Source: an uncultured Ruminococcus sp.
Lineage (GTDB): Bacteria > Bacillota > Clostridia > Oscillospirales > CAG-382
Assembly: GCA_964530795.1 (NCBI GenBank)
Contig: CAZHBX010000007.1
Coordinates: forward strand, 95-64,094
Length of the DNA: 64,000 nucleotides
Direction of reading: 5' to 3'
Shown here: positions 46,041-55,377 of the stretch, in pieces
Numbering within the stretch: the first letter of the stretch is position 1
How the letters are laid out: each line of letters starts with the position of its first letter
Translations under genes and position numbers: made by a program
Notes under the pieces: model-generated
The model's database searches: none
What the model was told of the DNA's origin: nothing
The model's input: only the letters and a program-made list of their open reading frames with translations

Positions 46041-47093
46041 ATGAAAACGGCGAAAACCAAGCGCGGGGAGACCCCCGAGGAAGGCAAAAACGAGTTTCAG
46101 TATATGAACCTTTCCGAGGCGGGAAAGGAAGAGGCGGAGTCCCGGCACAAGGAAAATAACGAGAAGGAGGCTTCCCTTTCGTGGGAACTGCTGACGGACG
46201 ACAGCCGGAAGGAGACGGAATCCATGGCGGAAGAGCCGGCGGACGAACCGACGGAGGAAGAGACCGCGGCGCTTCTCCGCGCAGAGGAGGCCGCCCCCGC
46301 GAAATCGATAAACGCTAACGGACAAAAAGGCGGGCCGTCAAACGGGGATAATACCGAACCGTCGGGGGAGCAGCCCGCAGAACAAACGGCGGAGCTGTCG
46401 GACAAACTGGCTGACGGAAAATCCGGCGAACCGACCGAACCGGCGAAATCGTTTGAATCGCTTTCGCCGGAGGAACAGCGATTCCGGCGGGTCCGGGGGC
46501 TGTTCGAGTACGTCGAAACGTTCTGTCTCGCACTGTCGGTGATGATCCTGCTGTTCCTGTTTGTGTTTCGCTACGTGGCGGTGGACGGCGGCTCGATGGA
46601 ACCGACGCTGCATGGCGGGGCGGAGGACCACACCTATTCCAGCCTCTTCGGCGGACAGGCGCACACCGACCGACTGATTATCTCCGATTTCCTTTATACC
46701 CCGAAAACCGGGGATATTGTGGTCATCAGCAAGGAAAACCGTGGCGTGGAAACCCCGGATTCGATTATCAAGCGGGTCATTGCCACGGAAGGGCAGACCG
46801 TTCGGATCAACTTCCGGACGTGGGAGGTCCGTGTTGACGGAGTGCTGTTGGACGAGGACTATATCAACCGCGAGGAAGGTCTGGAGATGGACGAAGGTTT
46901 GATGAACCGGTTCTACGGCATCGACGAGAACGGCGTGTGCGAGTTTACGGTTAGTCCGGGAAAGGTGTTTGTCATGGGCGACAACCGTAACAATTCCTCC
47001 GACAGTCGGCTGATCGGCGAACAGGATGTCGATCATATCCTTGGCAAGGTGCTGCTGCGCATCTATCCGTTCGGCGAATTTGGCACGGTATAA
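46041..47093 (+). CDS. lepB: Signal peptidase I
   Basis: GGSMEPTL, IIKRVIA and GDNRNNSSDSR; long acidic N-terminal extension. Confidence 0.92.
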   Translation: MKTAKTKRGETPEEGKNEFQYMNLSEAGKEEAESRHKENNEKEASLSWELLTDDSRKETESMAEEPADEPTEEETAALLRAEEAAPAKSINANGQKGGPSNGDNTEPSGEQPAEQTAELSDKLADGKSGEPTEPAKSFESLSPEEQRFRRVRGLFEYVETFCLALSVMILLFLFVFRYVAVDGGSMEPTLHGGAEDHTYSSLFGGQAHTDRLIISDFLYTPKTGDIVVISKENRGVETPDSIIKRVIATEGQTVRINFRTWEVRVDGVLLDEDYINREEGLEMDEGLMNRFYGIDENGVCEFTVSPGKVFVMGDNRNNSSDSRLIGEQDVDHILGKVLLRIYPFGEFGTV

Positions 47094-47098
47094 CGCGT

Positions 47099-47950
47099 AT
47101 GGACCGCGAAATCGTCTGGTATCCGGGGCACATGAACCGGGCCCGGCGGCTCATCCGGGAAAGTCTGCCGCTGGTGGATTTGGTCATCGAGCTGCTCGAC
47201 GCCCGCGCGCCGTTTTCCAGCCGCAACCCGTCGTTCGCCGAGTTGTTCGCCGGCAAGCCGAGCCTGACACTGCTGACCAAATGCAGCCTCGCCGACCGGG
47301 ACGAGACGGGCCGGTTCGTCAAATTGCTCAAAGGGAAAGATCGCATGGTCTTGCCGATCGACTGCAAGACCGGCATGGGTGTGCGGAAGGTTGCCCCTGC
47401 GATTCGGGAGCTGATGGCGGAGAAGCTGGCGAGGTACGAGGCGAAGGGAATGAAGAAGCCGCTTCGCGCCATGGTCGTCGGCATCACGAACGTCGGGAAG
47501 TCTACGTTGATCAATACGTTCGCCAGGGAGAAAAAGGCAAAGGCTGAGGATCGCCCGGGCGTAACAAGGCGCAATCAGTGGATCTCCGTCCCCGCGATGG
47601 GGGTGGAGCTGCTGGACACGCCGGGACTGCTCTGGCCCAAGTTTGAAGACCAATCAGTCGCCCGAAAGCTGGCGATGCTCGGTTCGATTCGGGACGGGAT
47701 CCTTGACCAGACCGAGCTGGCGTGTGCGCTGCTGGACTTGCTGAGGGAAAAGTATCCGGAGCTGCTTTTCGCCCGGTATAAGGTAGAATGGACGAACGAA
47801 GACACAGATTACAGGCTGTTTGAGCGCATCGCGCGGAAGCGCGGGTGGATTCGCGCCGGGGGCGTGGTGGACGAAGAGCGGGCGTGTTCCGTCCTGCTCG
47901 ACGAGTTTCGCGCCGGGGTCATTGGTCCGATAACGTTGGACAGCGTCTGA
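47099..47950 (+). CDS. rbgA: Ribosome biogenesis GTPase RbgA/YlqF
   Basis: WYPGHM, DARAP.SS, NVGKSTLIN, PGVTR and LLDTPG motifs. Confidence 0.95.
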   Translation: MDREIVWYPGHMNRARRLIRESLPLVDLVIELLDARAPFSSRNPSFAELFAGKPSLTLLTKCSLADRDETGRFVKLLKGKDRMVLPIDCKTGMGVRKVAPAIRELMAEKLARYEAKGMKKPLRAMVVGITNVGKSTLINTFAREKKAKAEDRPGVTRRNQWISVPAMGVELLDTPGLLWPKFEDQSVARKLAMLGSIRDGILDQTELACALLDLLREKYPELLFARYKVEWTNEDTDYRLFERIARKRGWIRAGGVVDEERACSVLLDEFRAGVIGPITLDSV

Positions 47951-47961
47951 AAGGAGTCGCT

Positions 47962-48582
47962 ATGGTGCGCACGCTGGATTGGTCGGTGGAGGACGGGTTC
48001 CGCACGGAATCGCTGCGGGTGTTCTGCGGCTGCGACGAGGCGGGACGGGGTCCTTTGGCGGGCCCGGTCTACGCGGCGGCGGTGATCCTTCCGCGGGATT
48101 TCCTGCCGGAAGGGCTGAACGACTCAAAAAAACTTTCTCCCGTGAAGCGGGAAGCGCTGTATGGAGTGATTTGCGGGCATGCCCTCGCTTTCGCGGTCGC
48201 CCGCGCTGAGGTGGAGGAGATCGAGCGTCTCAACATCCTCAACGCCGCGCTGCTTGCCATGCGGCGGGCGGTCGACGGACTTAGGGTCCGCCCGAACGGC
48301 GTGTTGGTAGACGGCCCGATTGCGCGGGGATTCGACCTGCCCGCGATCCCCGTCGTCGGCGGGGACGGGATGTGTCCGTCGATCGCGGCGGCGTCCATTC
48401 TCGCGAAAGTCGAGCGGGACCGCGACTGCCTTGCGCTTGACCGGCTCTACCCGCAGTACGGCTTTGCCCTGCACAAGGGCTACGCGACCAAGGCGCACCG
48501 CGAGGCGATTCTGCGCTACGGCCCCTGCCCCGCGCATCGCCGGAGTTTCCTGCGTCGTCTGCTCGGGGAGGAACATCCGTGA
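47962..48582 (+). CDS. rnhB: Ribonuclease HII
   Basis: DEAGRGPLAGPV, DSKKL, SIAAASILAKV.RD and HKGY motifs. Confidence 0.95.
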   Translation: MVRTLDWSVEDGFRTESLRVFCGCDEAGRGPLAGPVYAAAVILPRDFLPEGLNDSKKLSPVKREALYGVICGHALAFAVARAEVEEIERLNILNAALLAMRRAVDGLRVRPNGVLVDGPIARGFDLPAIPVVGGDGMCPSIAAASILAKVERDRDCLALDRLYPQYGFALHKGYATKAHREAILRYGPCPAHRRSFLRRLLGEEHP

Positions 48583-49013
48583 AAAGCGGCGACGTCGGTC
48601 GGTTGGGGGAGCAGCTCGCGGCGGAATACCTGAAAAAGCACGGGGTTCGTATCCTCGCGCGGAACTACAGCGTCCGAGGTGGGGAGCTCGACTTGGTCGG
48701 CTTTTCCCGCGGAGGATTGCTGTTTTTTGAAGTCAAGACCCGCACCGGGACCGACTGGGGTGCTCCGGCGGAAGCGATTGACCTGAAAAAGCTATGGTGC
48801 GTCGAGCGGGCGGCGAAGGAATTCGTCCGCGTACACATGCGGGGCGACAGGGTGCCGGTTCCGGGGCTGTTCGGCGGATATCGGATGCGCCGGGTGCGGT
48901 ATGAACGGGTCGACGGCGTGGAAGTCTATCTGCAGGCGGACGGCAGTCCGTCGGAAATCAATCGAATCGAGGATATTGGCTATGCAATACGTCAGCACAC
49001 GCGCACGGACTGA
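48579..49013 (+). CDS. yraN: YraN family predicted endonuclease
   Basis: G..GE..A..YL, RNY, GELDLV and EVKTR motifs. Confidence 0.88.
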   Translation: MKSGDVGRLGEQLAAEYLKKHGVRILARNYSVRGGELDLVGFSRGGLLFFEVKTRTGTDWGAPAEAIDLKKLWCVERAAKEFVRVHMRGDRVPVPGLFGGYRMRRVRYERVDGVEVYLQADGSPSEINRIEDIGYAIRQHTRTD

Positions 49014-50484
49014 AGAGGCGCGGGAATATACGTCCGCGGAGGTCATCAAGCGGGGGCTTGCGCCGGACGGCGGACTGTTCGTCCCGACGTCAATTCCGCA
49101 CTTCACCCCGGAGCAGCTGGACGCGATCACTGAGATGTCCTATCCGGCGCGGACCGCGGCGGTGCTGGGGATGTTCCTGACAGATTACACTTCCGGCGAG
49201 TTGCTGCACGCGGCGGAGGAGGCGTACGGGCCTGACCGATTCCCGATCGTTTCGTCGGCGGGGACGCCCGCGCCGGTGTGCACCGTCGGGCAGACGGAGG
49301 TGCTGGAGCTTTGGCACGGACCGACGAGCGCGTTTAAGGATATGGCGCTGCAAATCATGCCTCGCCTGTTGTCTCTTGCGCTGGAGAAAACCGGAGAGAC
49401 GCGGGACGCGCTGATCCTTGTCGCGACCTCGGGGGACACCGGAAAAGCCGCCCTCGAGGGCTACGCGGACGTGCCCCGGGTAAAAATTCAGGTATTCTAC
49501 CCCGCAAACGGCGTCAGCCGCATCCAAAAGAAACAGATGGCGACGCAGACCGGCTCGAACGTCAACGTCACCGCGATTCGCGGCAATTTCGACGACGCGC
49601 AGAACGGGGTCAAGCGCATCTTCTCCGACCCGGAAGTCGCGTCCGCGCTGGACGGGCGGGGGCTGTTCCTCTCTTCGGCGAACTCGATTAACTGGGGGCG
49701 ACTGGTGCCGCAGATCGTTTATTACGTGTCCGCCTACTGTGACCTGCTTCGTGCCGGGCGCATCAGGCGGGGGGAGCAGATCGACGTAACCGTCCCGACC
49801 GGAAACTTCGGCAACATCTTTGCCTGCTGTCTCGCGAAGCGGATGGGGCTGCCGATCGGGCGGATGCTCTGCGCGTCCAATCAGAACAACGTCCTGACGG
49901 ATTTCATCAACACCGGCGTGTACGATCGCCGGCGGACCTTCTATCAGACGGTTTCCCCGTCGATGGACATCCTCGTTTCCAGCAACCTTGAGCGGCTGCT
50001 ATGGCTGGTCGCCGGCCCGGAACGCTGCCGAACGTATATGGAACAACTATGGGAAAATGGATTTTACCGCGTCAACGAGGAGGTGCACGCGGCGATTCAA
50101 CAGGAGTTTTCTGCTTACTTCTGCGACGAAGCGCTGACGCGGACGACCGTGCGGAATTCCTACGAAACCTACCACTACCTCTGCGATACGCACACGGCCG
50201 TGGCCCTTTCGGCGGCGGGGCAGCACCGGAGCAAGTCGGAGGACGACAGGAACCGGATGCTTGTTGCGTCTACCGCGTCGCCGTACAAATTCTCCCCGGC
50301 GGTGCTGGAAGCGCTGGGCGAGGAAGCGCCGGCGGATGGGTTCGAAGCGCTCCGTACCCTGCAAAAGCGCACCGGTGTCCCCGTGCCGGAACGGCTGCTC
50401 GCGCTTGAGCAGCTGGACGACCGCTTTACACAGGTGGTTTCGCCCGATGAGATGAAAGCGTCGGTACTGGCGTTTGGCTCGTAA
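48982..50484 (+). CDS. thrC: Threonine synthase
   Basis: YVSTR, GLAPDGGLFVP, HGPTSAFKD, ATSGDTG, NSINWGR and PTGNFGN motifs. Confidence 0.95.
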   Translation: MQYVSTRARTEEAREYTSAEVIKRGLAPDGGLFVPTSIPHFTPEQLDAITEMSYPARTAAVLGMFLTDYTSGELLHAAEEAYGPDRFPIVSSAGTPAPVCTVGQTEVLELWHGPTSAFKDMALQIMPRLLSLALEKTGETRDALILVATSGDTGKAALEGYADVPRVKIQVFYPANGVSRIQKKQMATQTGSNVNVTAIRGNFDDAQNGVKRIFSDPEVASALDGRGLFLSSANSINWGRLVPQIVYYVSAYCDLLRAGRIRRGEQIDVTVPTGNFGNIFACCLAKRMGLPIGRMLCASNQNNVLTDFINTGVYDRRRTFYQTVSPSMDILVSSNLERLLWLVAGPERCRTYMEQLWENGFYRVNEEVHAAIQQEFSAYFCDEALTRTTVRNSYETYHYLCDTHTAVALSAAGQHRSKSEDDRNRMLVASTASPYKFSPAVLEALGEEAPADGFEALRTLQKRTGVPVPERLLALEQLDDRFTQVVSPDEMKASVLAFGS

Positions 50485-50495
50485 CGGGAAATGCG

Positions 50496-50527
50496 AAAAA
50501 ACCGCCGGGGACTTCCCCGGCGGTTTG
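50496..50527. terminator. Bidirectional terminator
   Basis: AAACCGCCGGGG-ACTT-CCCCGGCGGTTT. Confidence 0.8.
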
Positions 50528-50541
50528 TGAAAGAAGGGGCT

Positions 50542-50736
50542 TTACCGATCCGTGCGCTTGTTTTCGAAGGTCGCGCAGACGGTGTCGCCGCAGGTGCAGG
50601 CGGTGCAGGGGCCGACGCTGATGCGTTCGGCCGTGCAGTAGCACTCGCCATCGTTGTGAATGCAGTTTTTTACGCTGCAGGTGATGCCGCGGATGTGGTC
50701 CGGCACTCGTTTGTTGTCGCGTTCGTAACGGTCCAT
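50542..50736 (-). CDS. DUF1540 domain small Cys-rich protein
   Basis: I.CSVKNC.HN...C.A..I.V...T.CATF pattern; AAAGGGAG RBS. Confidence 0.8.
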   Translation of the reverse strand: MDRYERDNKRVPDHIRGITCSVKNCIHNDGECYCTAERISVGPCTACTCGDTVCATFENKRTDR

Positions 50737-50805
50737 GATGTTCTCTCCCTTTTGTAATGTTGTCTTTTTCGGACGCATATAGGATACCCAGAAGGAGCGG
50801 TGTTT

Positions 50806-51519
50806 ATGCCTATTTTCGCCATCGCGGATTTGCATTTGGCACATACGATGAATAAACCGATGGATATTTTTGGCCCGCGCTGGGAAAATCACGTCGAGCG
50901 TTTGCGCGAAAACTGGCTGGAAACCGTGTCCGACGGCGACACCGTCGTCATCGCGGGGGACGTCTCGTGGGGAATGCGCATCGAAGAGGCCGAGGAAGAT
51001 TTTCGGTTCCTTGAGTCCCTGCCCGGGCGAAAGTTGATCCTGAAAGGCAACCACGATTACTGGTGGCAGACGATGAAAAAACTGCGGGAATTCCGGGACC
51101 GCATCGGCGCGTTCTCGGTGGAATTCCTGTTTAACAACGCCTATGAAGCGGAGCAGTTTATCCTCTGCGGCACGCGGGGCTGGACGCTCGAATCGGTCTA
51201 CGGCGATGAGGACGCGAAGATCGTCAACCGAGAGACTGAACGCCTGCGCACGTCCATTCGGCTTGGAAAGGAATTGCAGGCGGCACACCCGGAAAAGGAA
51301 CTGCTGGTGTTTTTACATTACCCGCCTGCCTATGGAAACCTGCGCTGCCGTCCGATTTGCGAGCTGCTGCTGGAAAGCGGCGTGAAACGGGTGTTCTACG
51401 GGCATATGCACAACGCGGATCCGTCCCGTTTGGTTCGGCAGATCGCCGGGGCGTCGTCCGAGTTGATCGCGGCGGACCACCTGAACTTTCGTCCGATGCG
51501 GATCTGGCCGTCGGTTTGA
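50806..51519 (+). CDS. Metallophosphoesterase (calcineurin-like)
   Basis: ADLHL, GDVSW, GNHD, HYPP and GHMH motifs. Confidence 0.88.
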   Translation: MPIFAIADLHLAHTMNKPMDIFGPRWENHVERLRENWLETVSDGDTVVIAGDVSWGMRIEEAEEDFRFLESLPGRKLILKGNHDYWWQTMKKLREFRDRIGAFSVEFLFNNAYEAEQFILCGTRGWTLESVYGDEDAKIVNRETERLRTSIRLGKELQAAHPEKELLVFLHYPPAYGNLRCRPICELLLESGVKRVFYGHMHNADPSRLVRQIAGASSELIAADHLNFRPMRIWPSV

Positions 51520-51616
51520 ACGTTTTTTCGAGCGGATACGCGAAAAAAAGACCGTTTTCTTCCCGTTTTGCATATACTGCCTTTGAGAAAAAGCAAACGG
51601 AAAGGAACGGTTTTTC

Positions 51617-52735
51617 ATGTTGCATTTCGAAACCATGGCGTCGCACGGCGCGGAAACGGCGCACTACGAGGGCGCCGTCAGCACACCGATTTTCCAGACT
51701 TCCACCTACTCCGGCAGCGAACGCTTCTCCTACAGCCGCTGCGACAACCCGACACGGTATGAACTCGAACAGACGGCGGCGTCCCTCGAGCAGGGCAGCC
51801 GGGGATTCGCCTTTTCCTCCGGACTCGCGGCGGTCAGCGCGGTGTTTTCGCTGCTGAAGCGGGGAGAGCGGGTGCTGGTGTCCGACGATCTGTATGGCGG
51901 TACATACCGACTCATCGAGCAGATCTGGTCCGGGTTCGGGATTTCCTTCGCCTTTTGCGACCTGCGGGACCTAGACCGGGTGGAGGAGGAACTCCGCACC
52001 CCGACGCGGATGCTCTTCGCCGAGACGCCGACCAATCCAATGATGAAGGTCCTGCCAATCCGCGCCCTTTCAGAATTGGCGAAGGCGCACGGGGCGCTGT
52101 TCGTGGTAGACAACACGTTTCTGACCCCGTACTACCAGCGTCCGCTGACACACGGGGCGGACGTCGTTGTTCATTCCGGGACGAAATTTCTCTCCGGGCA
52201 TCACGACGTCTGCTGCGGATTGGCGGTCGTCGGGGAAAACCCGGAACTGGCGGACCGGCTCGCGCTGATTCAGCGGACGCTCGGGAACGCCCTTTCTCCG
52301 TTCGACAGCTGGCTGACCCTGCGGGGCATCCAGACCCTCCCGCTGCGCATGGAAAAGCACAGCGCAAACGCCCTCGCGGCGGCAAAATACCTCTCGGCGC
52401 ACCCGCGCGTGGCGCAGGTCAACTACCCGGGTCTGCCGTCTCACCCGCAATACGAACTGCTGATGGAGCAGGCGAGCGGCGCCGGCGGGGTGCTCTCCTT
52501 CCTGCTTGCGGACGATCGGGTGCAGAGCGTACTGCATGGCGGGAAACTCATCCGCTTCGCGGAGAGCCTCGGCGGGACGACCTCGTTGATCACTTACCCG
52601 CAGACGCAGACCCACGCGTCCATTCCCGCCGCCCTGCGCGAGCACATCGGCATCACACCGCGGTTGCTGCGGCTCTCGGTCGGGCTGGAGCACCCGGACG
52701 ACCTGTTAGAAGATTTGGAACAAATGTTGAAATGA
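51617..52735 (+). CDS. PLP-dependent trans-sulfuration enzyme (cystathionine gamma-synthase/beta-lyase)
   Basis: YSR.DNPTR, ETPTNP, VDNTF, SGTKF, ESLGG and LRLSVGLE motifs. Confidence 0.9.
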   Translation: MLHFETMASHGAETAHYEGAVSTPIFQTSTYSGSERFSYSRCDNPTRYELEQTAASLEQGSRGFAFSSGLAAVSAVFSLLKRGERVLVSDDLYGGTYRLIEQIWSGFGISFAFCDLRDLDRVEEELRTPTRMLFAETPTNPMMKVLPIRALSELAKAHGALFVVDNTFLTPYYQRPLTHGADVVVHSGTKFLSGHHDVCCGLAVVGENPELADRLALIQRTLGNALSPFDSWLTLRGIQTLPLRMEKHSANALAAAKYLSAHPRVAQVNYPGLPSHPQYELLMEQASGAGGVLSFLLADDRVQSVLHGGKLIRFAESLGGTTSLITYPQTQTHASIPAALREHIGITPRLLRLSVGLEHPDDLLEDLEQMLK

Positions 52736-52738
52736 GGT

Positions 52739-53914
52739 TCACCACACCCGGACGACGCGGTCGGTCCGCACGGCGCGGTCAACCAGCCCGTCCACATCCA
52801 ACTTCGCTTCCTCGGCGCGAACAGTGTCGAGCGCGGGGCGGGTGTTCGGGTGGCGCGGGGTGAAGAGCACGCAGCAGTCCTCGTACGGCAGGGTGGAGAT
52901 TTCGAACGTGCCGATCTGACGGGCGCGGACGACGATCTCCTCCTTGTCGAGACCGATGCATGGACGGAGTATTGGCATCGTCGCCGCGTCATCGGTGGAC
53001 GCGATGGAACGCATGGTCTGCGAGGCGACCTGCCCGATGGATTCGCCGGTCACGAGTGCGACCGCGTCCGCCTGCCTCGCGAGCCGTTCGGCGCAGCGCA
53101 TCATGAACCGCCGCAGCAGCAGGGTGAACAGCCGCTCATCGCAGTTCGCCGCGATCGTTTGCTGCACCTCGGTCAGGCTGACGCTGTGCAGCCGGACGGT
53201 CCCCGCGTACTCGGCGAGCTTGCGGGCGAGGGAAATCACCTTCTCCCGGGCGGCCTCTGACGTGTACGGGGGCGTTTCAAAGTAGACGGCGTCCAACTCC
53301 GCCCCGCGCTTGGCGGTCATGTACCCGGCGACGGGGGAATCGATCCCGCCGGACAGCAGCAGCATCGCGCGGTCCTCGCTGCCGACCGGGATCCCGCCCG
53401 CCCCGTGCTCGCGCACGCCATGGATGACCGCCGCGTGGTCGCGGATCTCGATCGTGACGGTCACTTCCGGGCTGTGCACGTCCACATGAAGACGCGGACA
53501 AGCCTCTAGCAGTTCCGCACCGCAGACGGCGCAGATCTCCGGCGAACCGAGCGGGAAGCGCTTGTCGCTCCGCTTGGCTTCGCATTTGAAGCTGCGGGCG
53601 GGGCCGATCAGGTCGTCCGCGTGTTCCCGCAGCACGGCGAGAATGGCGGCTATGTCCTTTTCGCATTCGAGCCCCCGGCAGACGGTCACAACGCCGAAGA
53701 CCTTCTTAAGTAGGGTGAAAGCGGCGTTCATGTCGCTGCCCTTCGACCCGCGCACGAACAGGATGGACTGTGCGTATTCCGTTTGGAACTCGCCATCCGC
53801 TTTTTTAAGCGCGCGGCGAACGTTTTTTTCCAGCAGCTGGTTAAATTTATTGCGGTTGAGTCCTTTCAGGACGATTTCGCCGTACTTAAGCAGGATGATC
53901 TCGTTGACGTTCAT
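52739..53914 (-). CDS. thiI: tRNA 4-thiouridine synthase
   Basis: KYGEIVLKG.NR, SGGIDSPVA, GESIGQVASQT and EDCC motifs. Confidence 0.95.
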   Translation of the reverse strand: MNVNEIILLKYGEIVLKGLNRNKFNQLLEKNVRRALKKADGEFQTEYAQSILFVRGSKGSDMNAAFTLLKKVFGVVTVCRGLECEKDIAAILAVLREHADDLIGPARSFKCEAKRSDKRFPLGSPEICAVCGAELLEACPRLHVDVHSPEVTVTIEIRDHAAVIHGVREHGAGGIPVGSEDRAMLLLSGGIDSPVAGYMTAKRGAELDAVYFETPPYTSEAAREKVISLARKLAEYAGTVRLHSVSLTEVQQTIAANCDERLFTLLLRRFMMRCAERLARQADAVALVTGESIGQVASQTMRSIASTDDAATMPILRPCIGLDKEEIVVRARQIGTFEISTLPYEDCCVLFTPRHPNTRPALDTVRAEEAKLDVDGLVDRAVRTDRVVRVW

Positions 53915-55044
53915 TTCTTCAGCTTCATGCAGTCCAGCAAAGCGTCGCAGAGGACCGCACATTCCTCCATCGTGTTCTGTTCGGAAAAGCTCAGCCGGAG
54001 CGAGGTTTCGATTTCCGCGTCCGGCAGCCCGTAGGCTTTGAGAACGCGGTTGCCCTTCTTGCGCTCCCGCGCGGAACAGGCGCTGCCGGCGGAGACGCAG
54101 ATTCCCCGTTCGGACAGAAAATTGAGCGCCCACGAACTCTGCACGCCGGGAATGCTCAGATGTATCAGATTCGGCAGGTGCGCTTCCGGCAGGTGAAAGA
54201 TTAGCCCGCTGCCCTGCAATCGGCAAAGAACCTCTTCACGCATTGCCTCGACGCGGGACAGGCCCTCCCGGTTTGCGAGCGCTTCTTCGCAGGCCGCGCC
54301 GAACGCGGCCACGCCGACAACGTTCTCGGTTCCGCTCCGCAGGCCGTTCTCCTGCCCGCCGCCGAGCAGCAGGGCGGGCAGCAGGTGCGCCCGTCTGCCG
54401 ATATACAGCGCCCCGACCCCTTTGAGTCCGCCAATTTTGTGCGCCGAGAGGGACACGAGGTCGCAGCAAGCGGACAGACGGTCCTGCGGAATCTTCAGGA
54501 AACCCTGCACGTCGTCGCAGTGCAGCAGTGCGTCGCTTCTGGATTCGTCAAGGATGCGGCGGATGTGCGGGAGGTCGTAGACCGCCCCGGTCTCGTTGTT
54601 TGCCCGCATGACGCTTACGAAAGCGACCGGCTCCTCCTCCAGAATACGCCGCAGCCCGTCGTAGTCCGGCACGCCGCTTCTCGTCGAAAGCCTGTGCACC
54701 GTGAAGCCCTGCCGTTCGAGCGCTTTCAGCGGTTCTTCGACCGAAGGGTGCTCGCTGTCCGTCGAAACGATGACCTTCGCCCGCTTGCCGCGCAGCTTCG
54801 CGAGTCCGAATAGGGCCTGGTTGTTGGATTCCGTTCCGCCGGAGGTGAACAGAACCTCCCCGGGTTCGCACTTCAGCGCGCGGGCGACCTGAGAGCGTCC
54901 CGCGTCGATCATACGCCGGGCGTTCATTCCGGCGGCGTGGAGGGAGGACGGGTTGCCGTATTCTTCGCACGCTTTCGCCGCCGCGCATATCGCACCTGGA
55001 CAGGACGGGGCGGTCGCGGCGGAATCAAAATATAGGTAGGGCAT
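53911..55044 (-). CDS. Cysteine desulfurase (IscS/NifS family) paired with thiI
   Basis: YFDSAAT, TSGGTESNN, SAHKIGG, RSGTEN and SAGSAC motifs. Confidence 0.92.
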   Translation of the reverse strand: MPYLYFDSAATAPSCPGAICAAAKACEEYGNPSSLHAAGMNARRMIDAGRSQVARALKCEPGEVLFTSGGTESNNQALFGLAKLRGKRAKVIVSTDSEHPSVEEPLKALERQGFTVHRLSTRSGVPDYDGLRRILEEEPVAFVSVMRANNETGAVYDLPHIRRILDESRSDALLHCDDVQGFLKIPQDRLSACCDLVSLSAHKIGGLKGVGALYIGRRAHLLPALLLGGGQENGLRSGTENVVGVAAFGAACEEALANREGLSRVEAMREEVLCRLQGSGLIFHLPEAHLPNLIHLSIPGVQSSWALNFLSERGICVSAGSACSARERKKGNRVLKAYGLPDAEIETSLRLSFSEQNTMEECAVLCDALLDCMKLKK

Positions 55045-55077
55045 GACGTTCTTCGTCTCCTTTTGTCGTCTGCGTCC

Positions 55078-55106
55078 ATTATAACGCGAAAAAGCGGTTT
55101 CGTCAA
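55078..55106 (-). promoter_or_regulatory. Sigma-A promoter of desulfurase-thiI
   Basis: TTGACG-17-TATAAT. Confidence 0.8.
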
Positions 55107-55201
55107 CAAGAAATTCCGCTCGCGGGGCGGGAAAGAAGGATTCTATTCTTTAACATTTTGTAAATTCTGGTCTTTTTTGTAGCCGGTTTTGAAAATTTCT
55201 A

Positions 55202-55230
55202 TTTACAGACGGCAAAAAAGAGAGTATAAT
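55202..55230 (+). promoter_or_regulatory. Sigma-A promoter of rny
   Basis: TTTACA-17-TATAAT. Confidence 0.7.
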
Positions 55231-55377
55231 AGACGTAATCGGAATGCTTTTTCGATTTTATATAGATTTGACAGGGAAATGTACGACCGCCCGGAACGGG
55301 TTTGCAGGAATTTCTGACATTTCAATATGGAAATCGGGGAAGCATGGATTTGAAATACATGTGAAGGAGGCAAATCT

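Noticed and set aside
55231-55377. Long rny 5' leader as an ncRNA or small ORF
   Set aside because: No recognisable RNA motif or strong stem, and the 61-aa ORF has no RBS.
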